In this document: in pieces, positions 20,650 through 33,768 of the stretch | Layout: each line of letters begins with the position of its first letter | Position numbering within the stretch: the first letter of the stretch is position 1 | Assembly: GCA_965237955.1 (NCBI GenBank) | Contig: OZ250169.1 | Span: forward strand, 4,544,001-4,608,000 | Reading direction: 5' to 3' | Source of the DNA: Candidatus Marinacidobacterales bacterium | Lineage (GTDB): Bacteria; Acidobacteriota; Vicinamibacteria; Marinacidobacterales; SMYC01 | DNA length: 64,000 nt | Notes under the pieces: generated by a model | Told to the model about the DNA's origin: nothing | Databases searched by the model: none | The model's input: the letters and a program-made list of their open reading frames with translations, nothing else | Program-made: the position numbers and the translations under genes

Positions 20650-21452
20650 GACTTCACCTCCAAAGACTTCACCATTCTAAACGCACGCTGCCCGGATGGG
20701 TACACGCCTACCCCGTCTCGGAGACGCAATCCGTGGCGCGCGAAAAACCGTTGCGCCCTCGAGTTCCCTTCGGCGACCACGAGCCACACTTCGCGCGCCG
20801 GTGTTTAGCTTAAGAAGAGCGAAACAACAAACCTTCCTAGAAAGTTTTTGGCACCTGTTAGCAAGTATGCGCTTCGCTTTTTCGCAAAAGAGCCGGGACT
20901 CAAGGGTTCTCTCGATATCATGGTGGGGACGAGCAGGCTTCCCCCGGAACAGAGTCAAGTCATACAAGCTGTTCTCATCCAGAATGGACTTCTACCGGAG
21001 CTAAACGAAAACCAACTCGTCACTACAGGAGATGGGAGTGCGTATTCCAGCCATCGTGAACGCCGAATCCAGAGCAAGCTGAACAGCGAATCCGGTGAAG
21101 CCGAACGCTCATCGAAGCGATGAAGTGTTGGGTGACCTCCTTTCCACTGATTGAAAACGTGAACCTATCTTACCTGCGTGTTGTGTAGCAAGGGGCGGCA
21201 GGTCGCTGCCTACGGGAGCGGGCGTAAGGAAAGACGCGAAGCGACCTTCCCGCTCCCGTAGGCAGCGACCTGCCGCGGCCGAACCCCGGGCGATGTGGGG
21301 CTGGTTTCGGGGGGTTGCTGGGGTATGGCCTGGCTCGAGAAGACGCTTCCTGAGGCATTCTCGCGCGTCGTTTTGGCGCCGCATCGTCTGGTACCCCGGG
21401 TTTGGCGGTTTCACCCGTTTTTATCGCATCGACGCTGTGGTCCCTCGCTCGC

Positions 21453-22211
21453 TCATGCATCGGCGTTGTCAAATGCCTTTGGCGCAGCCTTGGTCTTTCT
21501 CAGAGAAGCTCCTTTGAGAGTGATGCGGTGCGCGCTGTGGAGAATGCGATCGCAGATAGCGTCTGCCTGGTTTGGGTCGCCAATCGCTTCGTGCCACTGC
21601 TTGAGCGGAATCTGGGTCGCGATGAGTGTGGAGCCACGCTCGGCGCGGTCTTCGATGACCTCCATTAGATCCCGTCTCTCCGATTCTTTCAGCGGGTGAA
21701 GCAGCCAATCATCGATAGCCAGTAAGTCCAGCTTGGCGAGTTTCGTCAAAAGCCGGGCGTAGGAACCATCACCACGAGCGACCGCGAGCTCGTGGAGCAA
21801 GCGCGGTGCTCGCACGTAGCATCCGGTGAAGCCGCGACGACAGGCCCGCTCCACGAAGGCGCAAGCCAAGAACGATTTGCCAATCCCCGTCGGGCCGGTG
21901 ATGAGCAGGTTATGGCGCTCACCGACAAAGCGGCAGTTGCCCAGGCTCAAGATCTGTTCGCGGTTTAAGCCTCGAGGCGCTTGGAAGTTCACGTTCTCCA
22001 AACATGCCGGATAGCGGAGCTTTGCCGCTCGCAGTCGTCGAGAAAGCTTACGCTGTTCGCGGGCGGTCCACTCGGCATCGACCAGGAGTCCCACACGTTC
22101 CTCGAAGCTCAGCTCCTTGTATTCGCTCGAGCTCAACTGGGTTTCGAACGCGGACACCAAGCCGAACAACTTCATGGCGTTCATCTTTTCTATCGTTTCG
22201 GGTGTCAGCAT
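21453..22211 (-). CDS. istB: IS21 helper ATPase IstB
   Basis: GPTGIGKS Walker A; LLAIDD Walker B; DAICDRI. Confidence 0.95.
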   Translation of the reverse strand: MLTPETIEKMNAMKLFGLVSAFETQLSSSEYKELSFEERVGLLVDAEWTAREQRKLSRRLRAAKLRYPACLENVNFQAPRGLNREQILSLGNCRFVGERHNLLITGPTGIGKSFLACAFVERACRRGFTGCYVRAPRLLHELAVARGDGSYARLLTKLAKLDLLAIDDWLLHPLKESERRDLMEVIEDRAERGSTLIATQIPLKQWHEAIGDPNQADAICDRILHSAHRITLKGASLRKTKAAPKAFDNADA

Positions 22212-23439
22212 CGGGACTCTCCTCCTTCGTAGTGATCCGCGCCTCGGATGTTCTCGTGCTCCTCTCGCGGTTTCGCTTCGGCGTCCGATTCGAGCACCAC
22301 ACGATCCAGACCAGCCGAGAGAATGTTTTTCACCGTGCGATAGCTGTAAGAGCTCAAAGCTTCCGCTCGTGCGCAAGCGGCCTCGAGACGCTCACTGCCC
22401 CAGCGGCTGCCTAGTCGCATGACTCCCAGGCAAGAGCGAAATCCCTGCTCCGGGTGAGGCCGACTCTCTAGAATCCCCGCAACCAGCCTTCCCGTGGCGC
22501 GACCTGACTGCTCCGCCCAGTGGAGCAGCCGCGACGGCGTCCACTCCAGGTGCTCCCGATGCGAACGTGGCATATGCTCCGGGTTCGTGGAGTAGTGCCC
22601 CTTTCCTTTCTTGCGGGGATGCGACGCGACGCGCTTTCCCTTGAACAGGACCTCCACCACCGAGGCCGTCACCCGTGCCTCGACTTTCTCGTGAATGAGC
22701 TGATAGGGAACGCTGTACAAGTTGTTCTCCACCTCCACGTGGTAGTCGATGTTCACTCTGCACCGCTTCCACGTCGATAACTCGTAGCTCTCCTGCGGTA
22801 GCGGTTTCAGTACGGGCCGGTCTAGCCTTTCGTACAACTCCCGCCGACTCACACCGAGCTTCTGCATCGGACGCGCATTCAGGACCTCTAACTTCTCCCA
22901 GATGGCTTCGTTCAGTTCCGCCAGGCTGAAGAACGTGCGATGACGAAGCACCGCCAGGATCCAGCGCTGCGCCACCTGCACTGCCGACCCCACCCCGAAA
23001 AATCGACGAATGTCTTCTCGCCTGCTCGATGCCGTTGACGCATCGTCGGGTTCAGCTTCTTCTTCCACTGACCGTACAGCTCGCAATAACGGCTGTAGCC
23101 GTACGCTCCCGGCTTATTCTCCGCGTACTCCACCCACAGCTGCAGCAACGTCAGCTCTCGGTGACGCCTCAGCTCCTCGTGGATGTGGGCATAGTCCAGA
23201 CCCGGCCGTGCGCCAGACGAGCCCGGCGGCGGAAACAGCCCTGCCTCCAGCTCCCCTTCGCTCAGCTCCTCCGGGAGCGGCCAGCTCAGACCACCCTTCT
23301 TCGCCTTGGCCAGGTACTCACTCACCGTTCCAACCGCCACGCGAAGTGCCTTTGCGATCATGCGGTGAGTAAAACCCAGCTCGTACTTTAACCTTAGAAC
23401 CTCTCGTATTTTTCTCATCGATAACCTCTTAGCTGCCAT
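22205..23439 (-). pseudogene. istA: IS21 transposase IstA with frameshifting deletion
   Basis: Matches 48266-49822 except the region from FVDFSG to ESAVQ is missing. Confidence 0.92.
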
Positions 23440-23899
23440 TTCCTAGATCGTCCTCCTTCCGGGTACGACCTAGAGTTGCCTTGAAACGTGCTATCGATGA
23501 GCGTTCGCGATGCCGGAACCGGCGTTCACGTTGCCTGGAATCCGTGTTCACCTTCCCCGGAATCGATGTTCACGATCCCCGGAATCCGTGTTCACGATGC
23601 TTTGGAATGGATGTTCACCTTCGGCTGGAATCTGCGTTCACGATGCCCCGGAATACACAATGGGAGGACGTTTCTCAGGTACTACCGCCAGAAATACGCG
23701 GTTGACCCACATCTTCCCATATCTCCAGGTGTGGTTCACTCAGCCGCTGGTACGGCTACCGGAAGAAGTCGGGCCTCAGCCATAGCGACGACTAACCTCC
23801 CGCCTGGGGGCTCCGGGTCGAGGTTCGGATTCCAGGACAAGCGAAAGCAAGGACCAGCCGAATCACAAGACGAGTAGCACTTCGAGGGACAGCTTTAGG

Positions 23900-24064
23900 C
23901 CGTCGCCCCTCACTTTGCCCCGACTTTGCCCGTTTTGCTGGCGGGTTCTGGTCGATTCTGGTCGTTTCCACCTTCCAGGAGGCTCATAAGTGGATGGAAT
24001 CTAACCAGAATCCACCAGAAGCGACCAGCAGAGACCACATGCGCGAGCCCTGAAAATCCTTGCG
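23900..24064 (+). repeat. att-like module copy 2 (tRNA part truncated)
   Basis: Near-identical to 28371-28535; tRNA homology stops after CTGAAAATCCTTGCG. Confidence 0.88.
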
Positions 24065-24474
24065 ATCTATTCGCGAATTCCCTGGTTTCGAGCCGTCGCT
24101 GTTGAGGCCGCCCCCAATGGCCAAGGCAGCCTGCGCCGCCATCGGGCATTCCGGCACGGTGCCACTCCCAAGCGTGTTACGACGCCCCGCTGCGTCGCTT
24201 CTCCTCAAGATCTCACGATCCCAACCGCGCGGCGGGGAGATACATGTTGACGACTGACGCATGACCATCGCGTGAATCACGTGTTCGCAAAGCTAGTGCA
24301 ATTCAATTAGAAAAATAAATTCGTTAATGCTATAAAGGACTCACAGACGAGGCTCGCAGACGAAAGGTCCCGGCGGCCAACTCTAAACGGAGGTGATCCG
24401 TGAAGACCAGCAAGAGGAAGATCCTTTTCGCGCCCGTCGCAGCTTGAACCGCCTCGGGTTTTCCGGAGACTGTT

Positions 24475-25706
<1,232 letters not shown>

Positions 25707-27032
25707 GACTCCATCCTCTCAAGAGTTGGAGTCTCCGGAAAACCCGGGGCGGTTCAGCTTCGTTGATAATTACCCTCGCGCCTTCACCCACAAAAGGATT
25801 CTCCGTTCGTCGTTCAGAAGCGGGCGTGGCTCGCGGCCAAGCGGCACAGAAGGAATTGGCTGCAGTCGATCCCGCGAAACTGATTCTTGAGACAATGAAA
25901 ATGTCGCTGGACAGCTCGAACCAGACGGTTATCATGTGGATGCCGACAGAGTTCCCTCAGATAGGTGCGGCTAAGCAAGGTGCTACCGCAGAAATGCTGG
26001 GCCAAATTGAACAGGTTCTTCGTCCGTATTTGATCCTTTTTGTCGCTTCGGGCACCTCAGGACCGTTTGGTGCCATCACACCATTACCGGTCGCGGAAAT
26101 TCGTGAAATGATTCAGCTCGTCGACAGCGATGGAACTCGTTATCGACCGATCAACGACGAAGACATGAACGCTGACGCGAAGAAATTTGCGCGATCCTTG
26201 GGGCCAGCACTAAGCGCTAACTTCCCAGAGGGACAAGAAGGGAACGTGATCGTATTTCCGGGGACAACTGAGAAAGGCGAATTGATCGCTGACTCGACAA
26301 AGGAAGGCTCATTTTCAATTAGGCTCGCCGAAAACGAATTCACATGGCGGCTGCCGCTAGGAGCCCTGGTCCCTTCAAAGTTGTGCCCGATAGACGGAGA
26401 GGAATTGAGCGGTTCGTGGAAGTTCTGTCCGTGGCATGGGAGTCGTCTCCACACAGCAACTCCTCAACCTGATGCTCCCGAAGAGCCTGCAAAAGCGAGC
26501 CTCAATCGCACCATCAAGGTCAGGAAAAACACGTTCATTAGGGAACGGCCGACCGGCACGAGCAAGAGTCTTGCGAAACTGGCGGACGGTGAAACAGTTC
26601 GTATCATAGGTAAAGCGGAGGGTAATTATTGGGAGGTACAGTATGGGGACCTTCACGGATTCGTTCACAATGAGAAGCTTAAGGAGGACTGGTTTCGGCG
26701 TTCCCAGGGGAGTGAAAGCGGGACCCGAGCACGGTCTACTACTACGCCTGTCAGGGTGGGCGGGAATATCCGGACACCGAAGAGGGTCAAATACGTACTA
26801 CCAAATTACCCGCAAGACGCAAAGGAAGCGCGAGTCCAGGGAATCGTCATCCTCGAAGCCATCATCGACCCCAATGGCAACGTAACCAACGTACGGGTTC
26901 TGCAATCCATTCCGCTGTTAGATCAATCCGCTATCGGCGCGGTACGGCAGTGGAAATACGAGCCAACGTTGCTGGAAGGAGTTCCGGTGCCCATCGTGAT
27001 GACGGTCACCGTGAACTACGCCCTTAACTAAC

Positions 27033-28234
27033 TAGTACCCGTCCTGAAGCCTGTAAGGGATTGAGAAAAAAGGAGAAATCGCAAATTTAGGGCTAGTCTT
27101 CTGAGGGGGTGTCGATTAGGACCGTGTCGTTGAAAACATCCGATTCTAAATGACTTAACTCCAAAGGAGACCAGCCCTAAATGCGAAAAACGATCAACCC
27201 ACAGCCAAATCTACGTGAGCCCTGGCTGGAGCTGGAGCACGCACGCGAACTCGAAACGATCTCGTCGCTGCTCGATGCCCATCCTAAGCTCAATGAGCTG
27301 GTACTGCAAGACCTGAAGTCGGTCACCCCATCGGCAGGGAGCGATGTTGGTCGTGGGGGAATGAGCGCGGAGCAGGTTCTCCGGGCGTTGTTGGTCAAGC
27401 AGCTGAATCAGTTCAGCTATCGAGAGCTGGCGTTTCACTTGGCAGACTCTCGAAGCTATCGGACGTTTTGCCAGCTCGGCATCATAGAGCCGACCCCGTC
27501 GAAGTCGACCCTAGCAGCAAACATCAAAGCCGTGAAGTTCGAAACGCTGGAGCAGATCAACCGAGAGCTGGTGAGCGTTGCCGAGGATGCTGGGACCGGC
27601 GCGAGACCCTCTACGGTCACAAGGTGTGTCTGACTGGTGGTTCGTCCTCGATGATTTTGGATTGCGTGATCTTGGATGGGAATCCGGCCGATTCAACTCT
27701 CGCGGAAACCATGATCGACCGTCTAGTCGAACTCTACGAGCGGGCCCCGCGCCAGGTCGCCTACGATGGCGCGTTTTCTTCAAAGGCAAACTTGGAAGCC
27801 ATCAAAGGCAAGGGAGTTGAAGATGTTGCCTTTACCAAGGCTCAAGGTTTCGCCGTGACCGATATGGTCAAGAGTTCCTGGGTCTATCAACGCCTGCGGC
27901 GATTTCGCTGCGGGATCGAAGGCGTCATTTCGTTCTTGAAACGAGTCTTTGGTCTCGACCGATGCACATGGCGCTCATTGCCTTCTTTTAAATCGTACGT
28001 ATGGGGTTCCATCATCACCTGCAATCTACTGGTGATGGCGAGACATCTATTAAGATAATAACTATTACTCTTCCGCTCCCATAGCCTTGGATTCCTGACG
28101 ATTCGCCTCTCGTTTCGTCCAAGATTTTCATTCGCTCTCAACCCTACGAAGTTCCCTACCGAAACCGTATAATACCCACATCTTCGGTAGGCCTGTCGCA
28201 CACCACAAGTTATGGTGTTTCTGGACAGGAACTA
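27033..28234 (+). mobile_element. ISNCY/IS5-like element with internally deleted transposase (27181-28058)
   Basis: Imperfect IR TAGTACCCGTCCTGAA / TTCTGGACAGGAACTA in a CTAA tract; N-part SYRELAFHLADS, C-part YGHKV...GNPADS...YDG...GIEGVISFLKR, in different frames. Confidence 0.82.
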
Positions 28235-28370
28235 ACTAACTAACCAACGCGAATCCCGACGCGGGCGTCCTAGCGCAACCGCCCGCGTTCGGCTCGCGTC
28301 CCAGGGAACGCCCCAGGGCTTGGATTCTCAGGCGAAAACGCGAACCGAATAACGTCGGCAACCACGTAAT

Positions 28371-28565
28371 CCGTCGCCCCTCACTTTGCCCCGACTTTCC
28401 GTCTTGCTCGCGGGTTCTGGTCGATTCTGGTCGTTTCCACCTTCCAGGAGGCTGATCAGTGGATGGAATCTAACCAGAATCCACCAGAAGCGACCAGCAG
28501 AGACCACATGCGCGAGCCCCCTGAAAATCCTTGCGTCGGTGGTTCAATTCCACTCCCCGGCACCA
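28371..28565 (+). repeat. att-like module copy 3 with exact tRNA-Phe 3' half (distal attR)
   Basis: 28521-28565 identical to tRNA 11218-11262. Confidence 0.92.
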
Positions 28566-28688
28566 CTGAGTGCCCGCTGAATCAACGACTGGTGATTTCG
28601 TCCAGTGTGAGAGGGCGTTCCGCGAAGCCGAACTCGCTGAACCGCTTCACGTGAGTTCCGCACGTGCCGCCATTGGCGCAGAGTCGGC

Positions 28689-28850
28689 TCAATCCTGGAC
28701 CGCTGCCTCCACGGCTTTTATGAACGGCGGCTCCAACTCTACTCCGGACAGCGCCGTCGGCCAGGCGCTCTGGGTCACGATCACCAAGTCCAACTCCGGG
28801 TTGATGTGGACCGTCTGTCCGAAAATCCCGAGTGCGTGATACGCGGGACC
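28689..28850 (-). pseudogene. C-terminal fragment of a serine hydrolase (beta-lactamase-like)
   Basis: YHALGIFGQTVHINPELDLVIVTQSAWP motif. Confidence 0.7.
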
Positions 28851-29341
28851 GCGGTCGTCCACCACATGAGGCCGTAGCCGCTTTGCGGGTACGCCGCCAC
28901 CGGCACTATCAAGTTGGCGAATCGCGCCCAATATCGTGGGGCTCAAGGATGCGCCGTCAACCATATCTTGGGGTCGAATTGGCTTCGAAGCCCTCAACTT
29001 GACAATACCCCCTGGAGCGCTCGGCTTCTATGTAGTGTCATCGGCACGGCTCGGGTCCGCCCCTGCGGACAGGGAGCTTGCCCGGCACGTTTCCGCCTGA
29101 TACCTCATATAGACGAAATTTGGGGCGGGAAACTTCCCGCGATGCGAGGATGCTTAGTCCACTGACCTATTACGAAATAGGTAAGAATTCCGATTGAAGC
29201 AGATGGAGGTCGAGCGGTTTGCTTTCATTGCGTGACGGGAGTACATTTTCGGTCGGCGGCGGTCCCGTCCTCGTTCGTAAACCTCTCGCCATCCAGATGC
29301 TCACGTGGTTAAGCAGGAAGACCAAAGCCAGGGAGGCAACC

Positions 29342-29969
29342 AAGAGAAAGGCAATCGTGTTTCTAGTGATGATGTCCGCTCCCGCCATCGCAGCTGCGCA
29401 GACTGCCGCTCCCTCGTTTGCCGAGCTAAACCGCCAGCAGGCGCTAAAGGAGGGAGATACGGTTTTGATCACGTATGTCCTGGAGGAAGGAGGCCCGTTA
29501 CACTGAGACAGAGGCCAAGGTCGAAAGCGTGACGGACACGGCGATCACGGTCCGAGTGGAGTCCCCGCCGTCGGGGGCGACCGACCTAGAGGTGACGTCG
29601 ACGGAGGATGGAGCGCAGATCGTGATCCCGGAGAATCGCGTGAGGCGAATTTCGCGTGAGCACAAGGATACGGTTTGGAAAGGCGCCGCGATCGGCGCCG
29701 CAGTCGGTGGTGGTCTCTACGTCGGTCTTGCAGCGTACTGTCGTCGAGCCGCTGATTGCCACGCCACTCTTGCCGACGACCTTGCCTATATGGGAATATT
29801 TACAGGCATCGGCTTCGGCGTCGGAGCAGGAGTGGACGCGCTGATTGGTGGTTCGCGATCGGATCTGGTCTACCTGGCTCCCGGGTCGAGCAGTAGCTCG
29901 TTCACCGTCTCGCTCTCCCCCATTCTCTCGAGGGACCGGAAGGGGGTTCTTTTTTCGATAAGCTGGTAG
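29342..29969 (+). pseudogene. Secreted/membrane hypothetical protein with lost start codon and frameshift
   Basis: GGGAGG followed by AAG-AGA-AAG-GCA (ATG expected); signal peptide; extra C at ~29495; GAAIGAAVG...GAGVDALI; C-terminal W. Confidence 0.65.
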
Positions 29970-30587
29970 ATCGATCCACTCGAAGCTGGGTCGCTCTATG
30001 GGACGCTTGCTCGTCCCTCCACGGTCGGCAGCTCGGCGAGCGAAGCCCGGGTCGGTGCTTGCGCTGTTCGCTGTTGATCAAGCAGCCGCTCTTTGATCGG
30101 GCGGCCACGAGGACCGCAGCTCGGCTGCGCGAGGTTCCGTGAGGTGGACGGTAACAGAGACGAGCACGACCGGCACAAAAAGACGTAGAGAGACACCGCG
30201 TGCGGTGAAGATATCGCTCAAGGTCAATCGCTTACTCACCAAACGGCCTGCATCGCCGGCGTCCTGGTCTCTCGCCCGAACTTCAAGCTCTGTGCGGCCG
30301 GACGAAGTTGTCATGACAACGCAGAACTCAACGTGCTCGCGGAGCTGGTCTTGGCAACGGGCGTGGCATGGCGAGCGACGGCGCAACTAAGCCGACCCTT
30401 GACGAATGGTAAGGTTGAAGCGCTCTGCCGCAGTGGAGTAGTCCAGGCGATAAGGCGCGGGTTTCCAATCTCGACGCTGCAAGCGCAGAATCGCGCTTGC
30501 TTTTCCTTGTTCGATCCGATTAGCATCAAAAGCTTGGGAAGTGGTGTGCCACAGTTGGAGTTGTGATCTTTTAGAAGAGAGTGCTGT

Positions 30588-32111
30588 ATGCCTATCGTCC
30601 TCGACGGTTCGTCATTGACGGTTGAAAAACTGGATCAAATCGCTAGACGAGGTGAACCAGTTGAGCTCCATCCCGACGCCCTTGCGCGAATCAAGGTGTG
30701 TCGAGCCATGCTAGAAAAAAAAATTGCTGCGCGAGAGACCATGTATGGTGTCAACACGGGCATCGGAGAGTTCTCTGAAGTCGTTCTCGATGACGAACAA
30801 GTACAGCAGTTCCAGAAATACCTGATTTACAACCATGCCGCGGGGATTGGTGAGCCCGCAGCGATCGATGCGGTTCGGGGCGCCATGGCGAGTCGCATCA
30901 ATGTTCTCGCCAAAGGGAACTCAGGGTGTCGGCCGGAGATCACCGAGACCCTCGTGACGCTACTCAACAAAGGCGTGACACCTGTCGTCTGCCAAAAAGG
31001 CTCGGTCGGTGCCAGTGGTGATTTGGCCCCCATGGCTCAAATCGCTTTGTTGATGATGGGTGAAGGCGAGGCCTTTTATGAGGACAAGCGCCTGCCGGCA
31101 AGAGAGGCTATGGAAAAGGCCGTGGTACCCATACCCGGACTCCAAGCTCGCGATGGTCTAGCGACAATCAATGGTTCCAATTTCATGACATCGATGAGCG
31201 CGCTACAACTCTACGACATTGACCGCTGGCTCAAGCAGGCAGAAATTGCCTGTGCGATGTCATTGGAAGCACTCTTTGCAAACCTGAAGCCCTACGACGT
31301 GCGCTTGCACGAAAAACGCGGCTTTGCCGGTGCCGTTCGCTCTGCAAAGAGCATCATGAAGTGTGTGGAGGGTGGCGATCTCGTGACGGGAAAAATCAAG
31401 ACCCGAGTGCAAGATGCCTACTCCATGAGGTCCTCCCCGCAAGTGATCGGTGCCGTTCACGATGCCGTCGCCTATGCAAAAAAGCAGGTCGAGATCGAAC
31501 TAAACGGTGTCGGAGACAATCCGATTTTTCTTCCCGAGGACCAACTGATACTGACGGGCGCGAATTTTCAAGGCACTCCGGTTTGCTTGCCGATGGACAT
31601 GGTGGGGGCCGCCGTCACGATGGTATCCGTCCTTTCGGAGCGTCGTTTGAACCGTCTCACCAATCCCGCATTGAGTCAGGGGCTTCCTGCCTTTTTGACC
31701 AAGGGTGCAGGTATGTTCTCCGGCTTGATGCTCAGTCAGTACACGGCGGATTCCCTCATCGTTGAACAGAGAATCCTGTCGGCCCCGGCAAGCACGATGT
31801 CCATTCCCGCCGCCGCCGATCAGGAAGACTTTGTTTCTATGGGAATGAATACGGCGATCAAGAACCTGCAAATCCTGGACAACGCCTATGGAGTGCTCGG
31901 CATCGAGCTCATGGCGGCGGCTCAGGCGTTGGATTTTCGGGACTTTCGGCCAGGTCGTGGAGTCTCCACTGCGCATAGCGTCGTACGCTTGCATGTGGAG
32001 CATTTGGACGAGGACCGACCACTGTACGGTGATCACGACCGAATGAAAGCTCTTGTGGCTAGCGGCGAGATCTTGGAAGAAGTCGAAAAAGAAGTAGGCA
32101 ACCTTGGATAG
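30588..32111 (+). CDS. hutH: Aromatic amino acid ammonia-lyase, histidine ammonia-lyase-like
   Basis: YGVNTGIG, GSVGASGDLAP (MIO-forming ASG), VQDAYS-R, DNP, QEDFVSMG. Confidence 0.88.
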   Translation: MPIVLDGSSLTVEKLDQIARRGEPVELHPDALARIKVCRAMLEKKIAARETMYGVNTGIGEFSEVVLDDEQVQQFQKYLIYNHAAGIGEPAAIDAVRGAMASRINVLAKGNSGCRPEITETLVTLLNKGVTPVVCQKGSVGASGDLAPMAQIALLMMGEGEAFYEDKRLPAREAMEKAVVPIPGLQARDGLATINGSNFMTSMSALQLYDIDRWLKQAEIACAMSLEALFANLKPYDVRLHEKRGFAGAVRSAKSIMKCVEGGDLVTGKIKTRVQDAYSMRSSPQVIGAVHDAVAYAKKQVEIELNGVGDNPIFLPEDQLILTGANFQGTPVCLPMDMVGAAVTMVSVLSERRLNRLTNPALSQGLPAFLTKGAGMFSGLMLSQYTADSLIVEQRILSAPASTMSIPAAADQEDFVSMGMNTAIKNLQILDNAYGVLGIELMAAAQALDFRDFRPGRGVSTAHSVVRLHVEHLDEDRPLYGDHDRMKALVASGEILEEVEKEVGNLG

Positions 32112-32181
32112 GAATTTCAAAAATAGGGTCTGGTAGAATATGATAGGGTGCATTATTAAGAACATGTTGGAGAACCCTATC

Positions 32182-33363
32182 ATGAAGAAAGCCCGCGTAT
32201 TTTCGTTTGTCGGATTTCTCGTACTCTTTCATTGCTCCGCACCGCGACCTTCCGGCATTCCGATTTCAAGCACGAACCTGACGGAAGCGCTGACAGAGAA
32301 GATCGAGCCCCTGATTGAGCAGACCATGAAATCCTATGACGTCCCGGGACTGGCGCTCGCCGTCGCCAAAGACGGCAAGATCGTTTACGCCAAAGGATTT
32401 GGGGTCAAGGATCTTCGGAGTCGGGAGCCCATCACGCCTGATTCTTTGTTTCATATGGCTTCGGTTTCCAAGACCTTCGTTGCCACGGCGATCGTGCAGC
32501 TGCTTGAACAAGGCAAGATCCAGCTCGATGATCCTGTGCGTACGTACCTTCCCTACTTTCAACTGAAAGACCCTCGATTTAAGCAGATTACGATTCGTCG
32601 TCTACTGACCCATACCGCAGGGTTGCCCTACCTGGAAAACGAAAATCGTAACTTCGACTGGGACAGGCCGGAATATGACTCGGGCGCCTTAGAACGATAT
32701 GTGCGCCGTCTCCATGAAGTGAAAATGATCGCGGCGCCGGGAGAAAAATTTTCCTATAGCGATATGGGATTCGAGATCCTGGGAGACGTCATTGCAAAGG
32801 TCTCGCAACAATCCTTCACGGATTATGTCAAGGTGCATATTCTTGACCCACTAGGAATGAGGGAGAGTAATTTCTTCCGGCCGGACACTTCATCCCGCCT
32901 CTGGACCACCGGCCATGTGAGAGGATCCAAAGGCGAGCCCAAAGTCAGTTCTATGTATCCGTACAACCGTGCCCATGGGCCCAGCTCCACCCTCGAATCG
33001 AATGCGATCGAGATGTGCCACTGGGCGATCACGAACTTAAATCGGGGAATCCTCAACGGAAAACGCATCCTCAAGTCGTCCAGTTACGAACTGCTCTGGA
33101 ACCCGGGGCTCGAAACCGAGTGCGGCCCAAGATGCATCGGTCTCTCCTGGTTCCTCGACAGGCATCGTGATCAACCGATCCGGATCCATACGGGCAGCGA
33201 TACGGGATATCAGTCGGTACTCATATTGCTGCCGGATCAATCTGCGGGCGTCGTCGCGATGAGCAATATGGGTGGTTTAAAAGTCGTCGCTCCAATCGCT
33301 TTTGCGGTATTAGATGTTGTGCTCGGGCATGAACCCGAATTGAATATCCAAAAATCCGATTAG
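32182..33363 (+). CDS. Serine hydrolase, class C beta-lactamase family, exported
   Basis: SVSK (SxxK), LLTHTAG, YSD, HTG. Confidence 0.9.
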   Translation: MKKARVFSFVGFLVLFHCSAPRPSGIPISSTNLTEALTEKIEPLIEQTMKSYDVPGLALAVAKDGKIVYAKGFGVKDLRSREPITPDSLFHMASVSKTFVATAIVQLLEQGKIQLDDPVRTYLPYFQLKDPRFKQITIRRLLTHTAGLPYLENENRNFDWDRPEYDSGALERYVRRLHEVKMIAAPGEKFSYSDMGFEILGDVIAKVSQQSFTDYVKVHILDPLGMRESNFFRPDTSSRLWTTGHVRGSKGEPKVSSMYPYNRAHGPSSTLESNAIEMCHWAITNLNRGILNGKRILKSSSYELLWNPGLETECGPRCIGLSWFLDRHRDQPIRIHTGSDTGYQSVLILLPDQSAGVVAMSNMGGLKVVAPIAFAVLDVVLGHEPELNIQKSD

Positions 33364-33768
33364 GCCGTTTCCCGTCCAAAACCGCGAACAAGAATTACGG
33401 TTTGACCTGCCGGCCCACGAACAGCGCCGTGCCGCTCCGCCGATCCGAATCAAGATGCCGCTTCCAGAACTCACTTTTCCCAGCAGCGGACATTCGGGGT
33501 TGAGACAGCTCAAATTCTTCACTTCGCGTGGGCCTTGTCCACGAGAGAACTCGTTCTCTCGAATTTAGGCTCAAACTCTAGCACGCGAACGGGTTACCGC
33601 CTGGCCACCAACAGTTCATGGCCGAAGCACCAAAGATATAGGTGGGGAGGGTTATTTCGAGCACCTGTCTTGCATCGTTTCGCGGGAATGGTTAGCCTTT
33701 GTCGTAATGACTGGCGCGCCGCGCCCGATTTTTCAACCTGTTAGCGTCCCGACACCCCCGGGGACGGA

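Larger units (their letters stand above)
21039..23659 (-). mobile_element. IS21 family element copy 1 (2621 bp; internal deletion in istA)
   Basis: TG..CA ends with repeated GTGAAC units; 7-bp target duplication ATGGGAG; 322 bp shorter than copy 2. Confidence 0.96.
20848..23877 (+). pseudogene. Small hypothetical ORF interrupted by IS21 copy 1
   Basis: Removing the IS and one ATGGGAG rejoins ...LVTTGDG|RTFLRYYRQKY... in frame. Confidence 0.45.
18941..24064. mobile_element. tRNA-Phe cassette 2 (GH32 cargo plus IS21; no integrase seen)
   Basis: Between att modules 1 and 2; extra ACTTTGCCC at ~19009 just inside its left end. Confidence 0.7.

Noticed and set aside
23500-23659. ~22-bp periodic GTTCAC/GTGAAC repeats resembling a CRISPR or iteron array (also 48046-48205)
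   Set aside because: They lie inside the IS21 terminus, have no unique spacers, and match the multiple transposase-binding repeats typical of IS21 ends; no cas genes
24336-24372. Hammerhead-ribozyme-like string CAGACGA-G...C-GAAA
   Set aside because: Core should be CUGANGA; stem II is mismatched and no stem I can be formed
28245-28300. Long hairpin after the TonB gene/ISNCY end as an integron attC site
   Set aside because: No proper RYYYAAC/GTTRRRY pair framing the stem and no integron integrase; more likely a terminator-like hairpin
28958-28973. NrdR-box-like sequence CAACCATATCTTGGGG
   Set aside because: Single degenerate copy with no ribonucleotide reductase gene nearby
33372-33530. Possible IS1-like zinc-finger remnant (CLNPECPLLGK) and other short fragments at 30000-30390, 43167-43382 and 45977-46320
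   Set aside because: Too short or degenerate to assign a family from the sequence alone
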